Positions 17,824 through 26,782 of a stretch of DNA of 64,000 bases are shown here, piece after piece (position 1 is the stretch's first letter; each line of letters opens with the position of its first letter). Source of the stretch: a virus. Both the position numbers and the translations under genes were made by a program. The notes under the pieces are model-generated. The model did not search any database. It was not told where the DNA came from and saw nothing but the letters and a program-made list of their open reading frames with translations. The stretch is taken from the UHGV virus genome UHGV-1374396; one strand, given 5' to 3'.

Positions 17824-19656
17824 CTAGTACTCCTTAACTGTAAGACCTAATTTCTTAGCTTTCAGCATTTTACTTGAGGTAGAGTTTATGTCTCCAGTAA
17901 ATATAATCTTGGCTTCACTAAAAGACGAGGTTTCCTTATATTCGGGATTAGCTTTTAAAAACTCAGCTTTAGTTTTATATTGTTTTGGACTACCAGTAAG
18001 TATACATAAAGTTTGATTTGATTCCTCTAGATGAAAATCTTCTATGCCCTTGTGCATTGATTTTAGTAACTTATTTAATTTTCTAAATTCTTTGGAATCC
18101 TTTGATAAAACCCATTCGGTTTTATAATTAGGTAGTTTACCCTCTCCGGTAAGTATTATACGTTCTAATATATTGCATACCTTTGGTCCGTGTGAATCAA
18201 GGCACATAGTTTGTATTATCTTAGCAAGAGTAATATCCTGGAGTATCTTCTTGAATTCAGTGTATATTTTCTTACCTAATAAAGTAGGTATAGCTCTTTT
18301 TATAACCTTAGGTTTTACTCTAAGTATATTTGAGACAACTTTGCCATTCTCTTTTAGGTATTCATATAATTGTTCTGATAATGCAGGACCTAACCCTGGT
18401 ACAGATAGTATATCACATGAATTTAAGAATTTATTCTTTATACCTTGGTCTTTTGATAGTACAGCATAAGCATGACAATCTTTAACTGTAAATTCTCTTT
18501 TTGGTAGAGGTAGATTCTCTCCAAAGGTTTTTACCTTATAAATAAAAGGTATAATATCTCCAGCTAATGAGATAACTATCTTTGAACCTATTCCAATGAC
18601 CTTATCTACTAAGAAACCATAGTTATGACCTGATACATTGGTTATAGTTTTACCATCAAGTACTACTGGTTTTACCTGCAGTGTTGGGTAGTATTCTCCA
18701 GTTTTACCAAGATTCCAGTTTATATTAACTACCGTAGTCTCGGCTACCATTGGTTCAAACTTGATAGCTATACAATCTGAAGGATATTCTGTTGGTACCT
18801 TATCTCTATGATTTGAACTTGGTTTTATTACGAACCCATCTAATGGGAATTTATACTCAGACCTGAAGTTTGATAGAGTGTAGTATACTTCCTTGAACGA
18901 AGATTTTAATAGTCCATCAGAGAAGATAAATGTTGCTGGATAAGGTATACCAGTTTTACCTACCCTAGATACTACATCTTTATCATCTAAGTCAACTAAG
19001 GTATTATCTTTGATGTATCTGTAATCATAAATAACGTACTCAAGGTCAGAAGCTTTCTTGAATTCTACTTCGTTAGAATCATCATAATCAGAGTTTACCA
19101 TACCCGATACGAAAGACCTTGGGTTCTTAAACTCCTCTGAGTATTTCTTTTCGAAGGTATCTTTACTTATTAATACCTCTCCTCTGAGAATAAAGCATTC
19201 ATAGTCTTTAAACGCATTAAAGTCAATTGGTTGTTTGATTAGCATAGTTCTCATCAAACTATAAATATCTTTTCCCCAATTACCATCACCTCGAGTTGAT
19301 ACCGAGAAGAGTTTTCCGTACTTTACTACCATTTCAAAAGAACACCCATCATACTTGGGTGTAACAATTACTGAGTGTTTCTTAATTACGTCTGGTAATT
19401 GTTTATACAGATCACCCCAATCTGATGTTTTATGTACCTGTATCTTATTTAATGAGCCCATAATAAATGGGTGAGGTACAGTATAATTATTACTGGTAGA
19501 AGGTGCACCAATCAATCTATTTTCCATGCCTAGCTTTTTCTCTAGAGCATCGAATTCAATATCGGGCATTATCTCTTCTCCATTATAGTAAGCTTCTCTG
19601 GCCTTTATATATAATTTAAGGTCTTTCTTTAAGTTTGACTTTGTCATAATATCCAC
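17824..19656 (-). CDS. NAD-dependent DNA ligase (LigA-like)
   Basis: N-terminal Ia-domain-like YYNGEEIMPDIEFDALEKKL, adenylation motif KYDGCSFEM (KxDG). Length 610 aa. Confidence 0.65.
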   Translation of the reverse strand: MDIMTKSNLKKDLKLYIKAREAYYNGEEIMPDIEFDALEKKLGMENRLIGAPSTSNNYTVPHPFIMGSLNKIQVHKTSDWGDLYKQLPDVIKKHSVIVTPKYDGCSFEMVVKYGKLFSVSTRGDGNWGKDIYSLMRTMLIKQPIDFNAFKDYECFILRGEVLISKDTFEKKYSEEFKNPRSFVSGMVNSDYDDSNEVEFKKASDLEYVIYDYRYIKDNTLVDLDDKDVVSRVGKTGIPYPATFIFSDGLLKSSFKEVYYTLSNFRSEYKFPLDGFVIKPSSNHRDKVPTEYPSDCIAIKFEPMVAETTVVNINWNLGKTGEYYPTLQVKPVVLDGKTITNVSGHNYGFLVDKVIGIGSKIVISLAGDIIPFIYKVKTFGENLPLPKREFTVKDCHAYAVLSKDQGIKNKFLNSCDILSVPGLGPALSEQLYEYLKENGKVVSNILRVKPKVIKRAIPTLLGKKIYTEFKKILQDITLAKIIQTMCLDSHGPKVCNILERIILTGEGKLPNYKTEWVLSKDSKEFRKLNKLLKSMHKGIEDFHLEESNQTLCILTGSPKQYKTKAEFLKANPEYKETSSFSEAKIIFTGDINSTSSKMLKAKKLGLTVKEY

Positions 19657-20146
19657 AGTTTATTAATTCATGACAACCATTACGGTATAAACAATCAGGT
19701 ACCATAACCTTAGCAACATGAGGGTCTACTAATTTTATGGCTTTCTTTAATAGATGAGTGAACTTTCTTGTTTCTGGTGAAGCATGAAAGCAAAGTCTCT
19801 TCCTACCTATAAAGATTAGAGCTTGAGCATTAATTAGGAAGCTCAGATTAACTGGGTCTGTTTGTCTACGTTCTTCTCGTTTAACTCCAGTACGGTCTTC
19901 TCTTGAGGTACCTACAAACCATTCAACCCCTAACTTATGTCTTACTAAGTGATTCTGAACATAATAAGGGATTCCTTCACATTGTACTAGAAAGGTTAAT
20001 GCTCTAATAGGAGAATGTTCTGCCTGGAGCATTTTATCTTTCCATACATCTGCAACTGTATTAGTTACTACTTTCTTGTTAACTGTTTGCAATGCAAGCT
20101 CTTTAACTACATCCCAACCAATTAACTGTCTAGCTGTTATTTTCAT
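19616..20146 (-). CDS. ThyX-fold (flavin-dependent thymidylate synthase-like) protein with a divergent signature
   Basis: EHSPIRALTFLVQCEGIPYYVQNHLVRHKLGVEWFVGTSRED aligns with ThyX [39 protein letters not shown]. RHR is replaced by RHK, the Ser of RHRxxS by Gly/Val, and SGRY by TSRE. Only 176 aa. Confidence 0.4.
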   Translation of the reverse strand: MKITARQLIGWDVVKELALQTVNKKVVTNTVADVWKDKMLQAEHSPIRALTFLVQCEGIPYYVQNHLVRHKLGVEWFVGTSREDRTGVKREERRQTDPVNLSFLINAQALIFIGRKRLCFHASPETRKFTHLLKKAIKLVDPHVAKVMVPDCLYRNGCHELINCGYYDKVKLKERP

Positions 20147-20385
20147 CTCTTCTTGTATATTAAACTTTTTAGATATAGTTCTAATTTATTCTTATCGTTA
20201 CTGAGTTGTTGTAACTTATCTAGCATATCATCCTCTAAAACTCTTTTAGTTACTGTATGTAATTTAAGGCTTTGTGATATATTCTGTGTTACAAAAGAGA
20301 ACCTCATCTGTGTAACAAATCCTGTATTAGTAACGGTATAGATAATAGGTACTCCATTAATCTCTATTTGAGTTGGTTTAGCCAT
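20143..20385 (-). CDS. Hypothetical protein
   Basis: 80-aa ORF coupled to its neighbours. Confidence 0.35.
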   Translation of the reverse strand: MAKPTQIEINGVPIIYTVTNTGFVTQMRFSFVTQNISQSLKLHTVTKRVLEDDMLDKLQQLSNDKNKLELYLKSLIYKKR

Positions 20386-21008
20386 TATTCGTATGATATA
20401 GATTTTAGTTGTTGCATAAATATTTTCACAGAAGTCTGTAGGTTGTTTCTCCAGTATTCTGGAATCTCATCTAGTGGACTACCTTCTCCTGGTATATATG
20501 CTAGCATTATAGCTCCGATAGCATCTAACATCTTATGATGAGGTGATACATGTCTTTCCCAATCTGGTAATCGTTGTTGGATTAGAGCATTCATGTCTCT
20601 GTTGTATTGCTTAGCAACTTGTATCATCATTATCGCTGTTAGAGCATTGTTGATTACCTCTAAGTATTCCTGAGATTCATATACCTTGAGTAGAGCATTG
20701 TTCATTGTGTAGAAGAGTTGAGTAAGGTGTATGTTCATTAGTCCTCTCCACTCTTCTGATTTAACCTTGATGTAATCGATGTTCTTTTGGTCTAGATTTA
20801 GACGTAGTTCATAGTACCAGTTAGCTTTGATATCGTTAAGCCTACGGCTTAGTTTGATGGTATCTGGTACTCTGTGATCTCTACACCAAGATTGAACCTT
20901 GTCTGAATAATATAGTACTGTATCGATTATCATGTTAGGTGTAAAACATATACGCATGTGTTCATCAAACGTAAATGAATCTAACATACTCTTTAAGTCT
21001 TTGTTCAT
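20385..21008 (-). CDS. Hypothetical protein
   Basis: 207-aa ORF. Confidence 0.4.
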   Translation of the reverse strand: MNKDLKSMLDSFTFDEHMRICFTPNMIIDTVLYYSDKVQSWCRDHRVPDTIKLSRRLNDIKANWYYELRLNLDQKNIDYIKVKSEEWRGLMNIHLTQLFYTMNNALLKVYESQEYLEVINNALTAIMMIQVAKQYNRDMNALIQQRLPDWERHVSPHHKMLDAIGAIMLAYIPGEGSPLDEIPEYWRNNLQTSVKIFMQQLKSISYE

Positions 21009-21011
21009 AGT

Positions 21012-21092
21012 CTATTTATTTGGGTTATTTAGTAGTGTTATTATACCTAACACTAATGTTATAAATATTAATACGTAGTGCATTATACACAT
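21012..21092 (-). CDS. Micro-ORF encoding a 26-aa single-pass membrane peptide
   Basis: MCIMHYVLIFITLVLGIITLLNNPNK. AAGGAGGA RBS 5 nt upstream. 3-nt spacers to neighbouring ORFs. Confidence 0.4.
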   Translation of the reverse strand: MCIMHYVLIFITLVLGIITLLNNPNK

Positions 21093-21095
21093 AAT

Positions 21096-21230
21096 CTAAT
21101 CCTCCTTATCTTTAGAGATACTATCTATGTATCCCTTGAATGCTAAAAATAAAATCAATGTACCCATTAAAGCCATTAACCCTAAGAGTACATATATTAA
21201 AGTTAATTCTAACGAAGTTGGTTGTTCCAT
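21096..21230 (-). CDS. Micro-ORF encoding a 44-aa single-pass membrane peptide
   Basis: MEQPTSLELTLIYVLLGLMALMGTLILFLAFKGYIDSISKDKED. Tightly packed between flanking micro-ORFs. Confidence 0.4.
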   Translation of the reverse strand: MEQPTSLELTLIYVLLGLMALMGTLILFLAFKGYIDSISKDKED

Positions 21231-21233
21231 ATC

Positions 21234-21317
21234 TTATCTATTAGAGTCGTCAATAATAATGATAAATAGTACAATGAATATAAGTGTTATTAGTAAACAT
21301 AGTAATACAGGTCCCAT
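21234..21317 (-). CDS. Micro-ORF encoding a 27-aa single-pass membrane peptide
   Basis: MGPVLLCLLITLIFIVLFIIIIDDSNR. Confidence 0.35.
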   Translation of the reverse strand: MGPVLLCLLITLIFIVLFIIIIDDSNR

Positions 21318-21319
21318 AG

Positions 21320-21436
21320 TTAATCCTTTCTTTTATAAATATCTCTTAATGTGCAAAATACTAATAAGCTAATCATTAAGCTTATGGTACCCATGAAACC
21401 GTAGACTAGTACGTAATCTAATGTTGTTGCTTTCAT
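21320..21436 (-). CDS. Micro-ORF encoding a 38-aa single-pass membrane peptide
   Basis: MKATTLDYVLVYGFMGTISLMISLLVFCTLRDIYKRKD. Confidence 0.35.
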   Translation of the reverse strand: MKATTLDYVLVYGFMGTISLMISLLVFCTLRDIYKRKD

Positions 21437-21543
21437 ATTTATTTAATTTAATGTTTATATATTCCTATAGAAATGAAAAGAACTACTTGAGTAGAGATTG
21501 TTACTCTATTCTTGTAGTCCTTAATATTTAACGTTATTGCTTA

Positions 21544-21585
21544 GTGCCTTATGCCTTGGCTTTAGCGATTAGCCCTTAGCCTTAC
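21544..21585. repeat. About six imperfect heptamer repeats (GCCTTA-like): tgcctta tgccttg gctttag cgattag cccttag ccttac
   Basis: Direct reading of the intergenic sequence between the helicase gene end (21636) and the micro-ORF cluster. Confidence 0.4.
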
Positions 21586-21635
21586 TTATTTATCTCCTAC
21601 GGAAATAAATATGTAATCATTTAGTCATCAAGAAT

Positions 21636-23123
21636 CTAGAACGGTAAGTAGAGATCTGAGTATCTTTTATATCTATTCCAGATCTTGCGTAGATTGATGA
21701 CTTTTAATTTTTCTCTTCTATAATATCGGGCTCTTCGTTTACTATGCCTTGATAAATAATTATTACCGTTATACTGTATATCATCTAGGTATACTTTATT
21801 CTTACCTTCGAATAAACGAACCAATCTACCTAATAACTGTATGGTTTTTTCTTCGGATGACATACCTGCAGCATTTACCATATAACGTAGTTTAGGGAAG
21901 TTTTTACCTCTTGATATAAGTGTAGTTGAAACCAATATGTCTATGTCTCCATCCCTAAACCTTTTCATTATTTGGTTTCTCTTTACTTTATTAGTATTTA
22001 CGTGTACATATTCTATCTTATATTTGCTTCCTAGTTCTTTATAAATATAATTATATAACTTCTCACAGTGTTTAATATGCTTGCATACTATGAGTGCTGG
22101 TAAATTGCCATATTTGATAGCTTTCTTTAATCTATCGTATACGCATTTATAACCATATACGTTATTGGTTATGTATTTATCGTATTCCTCCTTATAATCT
22201 CTAATGTACTCATTTGAAGGTAAGTACCAAGGTTCTGTATCTACTAATTTAACGATTACGTTAGTAGAATAACCTTTCTTTATTGAATCTTTTAATCTGA
22301 ATTCCGATATCTTCTGCCCGAAGTAAGCTTCCAGGTTCATATTCTTTAATAAGTCTCTCTTCAAGGCAGATACATAGATTGTACCTGATAAACCTAACCT
22401 TACTCTAGTGTTATACAAATGAGATAATACTGATTGATAAGATTTACTTCCTGCTAAATCTGCCTCGTCGACTAGTACCATATCTACCTTGGCTAATTCT
22501 CTCTGATAAACCTTTATGTTTCTAGATATGGATTGAACCATACCTATACTGAAGTTAGACCAGTTAGTAACCTTACTACCTTGAACGAAAGTTATATCTT
22601 CTCCAGGTAAGTATTCCTTAAATTCTGATTTAGCTTGTTGTAACCAATCGGAATCGTTAGTTATCAATAAAGTCCTAAGCTTCTTACCAAAACTGTAGTA
22701 TAGTGCTGACATTATTAGAGTTTTTCCAAAACCTACGTTCAAATCTAGAACACCAATATAATAAGGTACGTTATCTATTTTATTAGCTAATATTTGTTCC
22801 AATACTTTAAACTGTTCGGCTCTTAGTTTAAAGTCTCCTACAGTTTTTACTGCCTTAGCATTTGGGATAGGTAAACGTTTATCTATTACGTTTACTTTTA
22901 ATTTTTGCTCTTTACACCATTTATATATTCTTGGTAGTAGACCTATCTTGAACTTACCATATTTATTTAAGAAGTGAACTTTACCGTCCCATTCTTTTAT
23001 CTTACCTCTTAGATAAAAGGCATTAGGGTGTCTTACTGATAGTTCTTGATACAACTTTAGAGCATACTTCTGTGGTATGTCTAAGGTACACTCGTTACAG
23101 TTATTAATTATTATATTACTCAT
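21636..23123 (-). CDS. Superfamily-2 DNA helicase (DEAD/DEAH-like)
   Basis: Walker A NVGFGKTLIMSA, motif II LVDEADLAG, motif VI-like LISRGKNFPKL. Confidence 0.65.
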   Translation of the reverse strand: MSNIIINNCNECTLDIPQKYALKLYQELSVRHPNAFYLRGKIKEWDGKVHFLNKYGKFKIGLLPRIYKWCKEQKLKVNVIDKRLPIPNAKAVKTVGDFKLRAEQFKVLEQILANKIDNVPYYIGVLDLNVGFGKTLIMSALYYSFGKKLRTLLITNDSDWLQQAKSEFKEYLPGEDITFVQGSKVTNWSNFSIGMVQSISRNIKVYQRELAKVDMVLVDEADLAGSKSYQSVLSHLYNTRVRLGLSGTIYVSALKRDLLKNMNLEAYFGQKISEFRLKDSIKKGYSTNVIVKLVDTEPWYLPSNEYIRDYKEEYDKYITNNVYGYKCVYDRLKKAIKYGNLPALIVCKHIKHCEKLYNYIYKELGSKYKIEYVHVNTNKVKRNQIMKRFRDGDIDILVSTTLISRGKNFPKLRYMVNAAGMSSEEKTIQLLGRLVRLFEGKNKVYLDDIQYNGNNYLSRHSKRRARYYRREKLKVINLRKIWNRYKRYSDLYLPF

Positions 23124-23970
23124 CGTCTTTATTTATTAAGTTCCACAAACTGTCTTGGACCTTAGGTCCATCTACTTTCGATTTTTGTTTATATTTGAAT
23201 ATGTATTTTACATAATACTGTTTCATTTTATCTGTTAAGAATCTTGAAGGTTCAGGTAGACCATTGCACCAAGCCAAACCTTCAAACATTGCATCTATAT
23301 AATCCTTGTAGTCTATGTTGTTAGATAAGCAGTAGTCTTTTAATTGTACAAAGTGGGAGTACTCTGAGGGGTTGTTACGATAGTCTTCTCTTAACCCTGT
23401 TCTTTCTGCTATGACTGATACATAGTAATTATGTATCTTCTCTGTAAGATCTCTGTCTGTATCTGAGTGTAGATTATGTTTAGCTTCCTTGTAGTCTACT
23501 ATATCTTGATACATATTAGGTAATAGGTTTATAGCTCTCTTGGTATTCTTACCTAATAATATGAAACCCGTCTTAATGTAATCTATGAAACCTTCTCTTG
23601 GTTTCATATTGTACTCTTTACTATACTCATTACATATATCGGCTAATTTCTTACATTGAAGCCAAGCTCTTCCACTGTTCTGATTAGGTTTTCTAACACC
23701 TCTATGATTAAGAGATTTTCTTACAGTGTAATAGATGTCTGCTGCCAAGTAAGCATCTCCTGTAGTAGATTTAGTTAACCGTTCAGCTACCCTTTCAGAT
23801 ACTTTATTGGTTACTACCATTGCTCTTGAATTGTTGTTATATTTAACGGCTAATTCGAAGAATTTATTAATAGGAAACCTTTTCTTACCCAGTTCCATTA
23901 ACACAGAACGAAAGTCTTCACGGGTAAGATGAAGACTTGGTTCTCTTTCTATTTTCTGTTTCTTTGCCAT
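23116..23970 (-). CDS. Hypothetical replication-module protein
   Basis: 284-aa ORF between the helicase and primase genes. Confidence 0.4.
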   Translation of the reverse strand: MAKKQKIEREPSLHLTREDFRSVLMELGKKRFPINKFFELAVKYNNNSRAMVVTNKVSERVAERLTKSTTGDAYLAADIYYTVRKSLNHRGVRKPNQNSGRAWLQCKKLADICNEYSKEYNMKPREGFIDYIKTGFILLGKNTKRAINLLPNMYQDIVDYKEAKHNLHSDTDRDLTEKIHNYYVSVIAERTGLREDYRNNPSEYSHFVQLKDYCLSNNIDYKDYIDAMFEGLAWCNGLPEPSRFLTDKMKQYYVKYIFKYKQKSKVDGPKVQDSLWNLINKDDE

Positions 23971-23998
23971 ATTTAGTATATTATATAATTATATAAAA

Positions 23999-24949
23999 TC
24001 ATAGTTCATTTTTAAGCTTTTGTAGCTCTCTATATGATTGATACTTAGTATTATATATGTACTTAAGAGTTTTTTTCTTGCCTAAATCATTAACATCTTT
24101 ACCTTCTGGTAAGTATACTACCTTTACCGATTTATAATGAACTAATTTCATTGCTAATTCTATGGCATATTTCTTTGCATCGGGGTCTAGTAGTATTATT
24201 ATTCTTTCTACGGGAGATTTTATTATCTCATTTATTTGATAAGCCGATACAGCCTTACCCATAGTAGCTATACCTTGTTCTCCCATAGTTAAAGCATTTA
24301 TAGCTCCCTCGCATAGAAATACCTTCTTATACATACCAAGTGCATCATGATTAAATATGATAAACTCCTTTCCGAGACCCGTTATATCTTTGTTTGGGTT
24401 ATTGTATCTTGGACCATTACTCATTACAGCTCTGGCATTATAGTACCTTAGTTCTCCATTGTAATAAAAAGGTATAACCAAGTAACCATAAAGAGAACCA
24501 GTAGTACAATAACCAATACCAACTCTACTGGCATATTTAATATCAAATCCTCGTTTCTTAACATAACCTCTCATTGATTTAGCTAATTGTGATTTACCTA
24601 TTGCTATGTTCTTGAAACCTTCTGGTAGATATACAGGTTTCTTTTCCAATAGTTCAACCTTCTCTTCCTTGAAGGTTAGTTCAGTAAAATCACCGTTATT
24701 TAAAAATGCAGTTAACTCAGCCCAGGTATCAAAACCCTCTATATCCATTACGAGTTGTGCTGGTGATACGTGAGCATTACATCTGAAACAGTTAGTTCTA
24801 TACATAGTAAGGTTAACACCAAGCTTTTCATCTCTACCACAATAAGGGCAATGGTATAACCTTAACCAACCTTTCCTATATTCATGAGCTAACCCTCTCT
24901 TTATAAAATATGTATAAAGTTTAGATTTAAACTGATTGGTAATTTTCAT
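23999..24949 (-). CDS. DNA primase (zinc-ribbon + TOPRIM, DnaG-like)
   Basis: Zinc ribbon CPYCGRDEK...CFRC. TOPRIM acidic elements VFLCEGAINALTM (E) and IIILLDPDAKK (DxD). Confidence 0.65.
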   Translation of the reverse strand: MKITNQFKSKLYTYFIKRGLAHEYRKGWLRLYHCPYCGRDEKLGVNLTMYRTNCFRCNAHVSPAQLVMDIEGFDTWAELTAFLNNGDFTELTFKEEKVELLEKKPVYLPEGFKNIAIGKSQLAKSMRGYVKKRGFDIKYASRVGIGYCTTGSLYGYLVIPFYYNGELRYYNARAVMSNGPRYNNPNKDITGLGKEFIIFNHDALGMYKKVFLCEGAINALTMGEQGIATMGKAVSAYQINEIIKSPVERIIILLDPDAKKYAIELAMKLVHYKSVKVVYLPEGKDVNDLGKKKTLKYIYNTKYQSYRELQKLKNEL

Positions 24950-24952
24950 ATA

Positions 24953-25180
24953 TTATATCCTTTGATGTAATTCTTTTATACGTTTACGTACTACCTTTCT
25001 TAACTCTTTAAGATCACCTAACGTAAGATTATCTATAACTGAAATCTCTTTGTTATGTGTGAACTTTATATCAACAGATTTAACCTTTGCCTCATGTCTA
25101 CACTCATTGAAAGAGAACTTAATAATTTTACCTTTACCAGAAGAGGTTATCTTGTAATAATTTAGTTTATATGTCGCCAT
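24953..25180 (-). CDS. Hypothetical small protein
   Basis: 75-aa ORF. Confidence 0.35.
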   Translation of the reverse strand: MATYKLNYYKITSSGKGKIIKFSFNECRHEAKVKSVDIKFTHNKEISVIDNLTLGDLKELRKVVRKRIKELHQRI

Positions 25181-26603
25181 GTTTCAATTCATTAGCTTTG
25201 TTAGGGTCAGCATTAGGGTTTTTACCAGATTTATTAAATGATTCATCTAGTTTATTACCATATACTTCATCATATTTCTTACGTTGTTCTATGGTAAACT
25301 CTTTAGCTCTTTGCTTATCGATATCAACATGAAATAAAGCTCTACCCGTAGGTTGGCCATCACGTTGAACTACTAATTCTAGTCTTTGGATATTATCTTG
25401 CTCCTCTTGTTCTGTTGCATTCAAACCATATATTACTTGAGCATGTCTTACGATATCTACACATTTAGCAATATCGTTCTCATCGTATTTAGTAGTACGA
25501 TGTTTCTTACCTTCTCGAGTGATATGGTTAGCAGTCCAAATCATGTCTAAATTCTCTGATTCTGCAAGATTCTGTAAATCTATGAACACATTAGAGATTC
25601 TTTCAAAGTCATCTCTATCACCTGCAATAGATGCCAACTTTGCAGCATAGTCCACCATTACAATGTCTATATGAATATTACGTTCTGATAACTTCTTTAA
25701 AAGTCTAGATATGTAATTACAATCTGTTACCATAGCAGGAACTCTTTCAACTACTAGTTCAACACCAAAACGTTGTAGTTTACGTATATGAGATAATTCC
25801 TGTTTATCATATTCTCCAGTGTATAAATCCTTTTTAGATTTATTAATAGAAGACTGTACTATACGGTCCATTATCTGATCTTTACCATTCTCAGTATCTA
25901 TGTATAGTACCGATTTTTTCATTCTTAGATAACCTAATGCCATATTAACTAAGAAGAATGTCTTTCTAGCTTTAGGTTTATCAAGTAACACACCTATTGA
26001 ATGTACTGGAAACCCTCCTGCATTGGTTAACTTATTTAATTGTCTATAAGGTGAAGGTACTATAGCAGGGTCTGCCTGTCTCTTAAATTGTCGTTCTACT
26101 ACATCCCTAGTTAAGAATAAAGGCTCATCTTCTGATTTAGGTTTAGCCTGAGATATAATCTTATCCAGTTTCTTTTGGTATTCCTCATACTGATTGAAGT
26201 CATTTAAATCGAATGATTCATTTAAATTCTTCATCGATACGTATGTAGCAAACTGATATACCTTTTCATTTATATATTCACTATCCCTTAAAGGGTTGCC
26301 ATAAATATTATCTATTATATTATATATATTTGGTATATCATCTTTAGTTACCAAATCAACGTAATCCTTGCCTTCTAGTATATCCTTTATTACTTCTTTA
26401 AGAATATTCTTAGAAGGTACTTTACCGTTTTTCTTGTAATACTTATTTAAACCTTCAACTATTACCGAGTGTTCTATTAGAGTAAAGTAACTTGATTTTA
26501 CCTTACCTAAAGCTAAACCTCCTTTATTATCTTGTACGATAAACCGGATTATCTCAAGTTGGAAGTTTGGGTCAAATTCGAATTTGTGTTTATTATTCCT
26601 CAT
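25167..26603 (-). CDS. DnaB-like replicative helicase
   Basis: N-terminal DnaB-like helical domain. P-loop region GVLLDKPKARKTFFL. Walker B-like IVMVDYAAKL (DnaB LIVIDYLQLM). Confidence 0.55.
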   Translation of the reverse strand: MRNNKHKFEFDPNFQLEIIRFIVQDNKGGLALGKVKSSYFTLIEHSVIVEGLNKYYKKNGKVPSKNILKEVIKDILEGKDYVDLVTKDDIPNIYNIIDNIYGNPLRDSEYINEKVYQFATYVSMKNLNESFDLNDFNQYEEYQKKLDKIISQAKPKSEDEPLFLTRDVVERQFKRQADPAIVPSPYRQLNKLTNAGGFPVHSIGVLLDKPKARKTFFLVNMALGYLRMKKSVLYIDTENGKDQIMDRIVQSSINKSKKDLYTGEYDKQELSHIRKLQRFGVELVVERVPAMVTDCNYISRLLKKLSERNIHIDIVMVDYAAKLASIAGDRDDFERISNVFIDLQNLAESENLDMIWTANHITREGKKHRTTKYDENDIAKCVDIVRHAQVIYGLNATEQEEQDNIQRLELVVQRDGQPTGRALFHVDIDKQRAKEFTIEQRKKYDEVYGNKLDESFNKSGKNPNADPNKANELKHGDI

Positions 26604-26725
26604 ATATGTTTCGTTGTTTATATTTCTATAGTATATATAGTTATATAATAGATCACCAATATCTACACTACTATAGTACTACTAGTAGATTCCTCAGCTT
26701 CTTGGTGAATATTTCTATCAAATAT

Positions 26726-26756
26726 TTTGTAGAATTAAAAATAATAATTATATTTG
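26726..26756 (+). promoter_or_regulatory. Bacteroidetes-type promoter: -33 TTTG (26726-26729), 19-nt spacer, -7 TATATTTG (26749-26756), then GCAATATCAAATTAAATAAG
   Basis: ttTTGtagAATTAAAAAtaataatTATATTTGCAATATCAAATTAAATAAgaatagttATG. Same module as at 1548-1579 and 63159-63190. Confidence 0.5.
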
Positions 26757-26782
26757 CAATATCAAATTAAATAAGAATAGTT

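Noticed and set aside
21127-21372. Plus-strand 81-aa ORF in the gap between 20385-21008 and the helicase gene
   Set aside because: It is antisense to four tightly spaced, RBS-equipped micro-ORFs that match the strand and packing of the surrounding genes. Its product has no distinctive features. I consider it less likely, though not excluded.
21440-21640. Possible tRNA or structured ncRNA in the 200-bp gap
   Set aside because: I could not find a cloverleaf-compatible arrangement or a GTTCRANYC T-loop box. The GC-rich part is better described as heptamer direct repeats.
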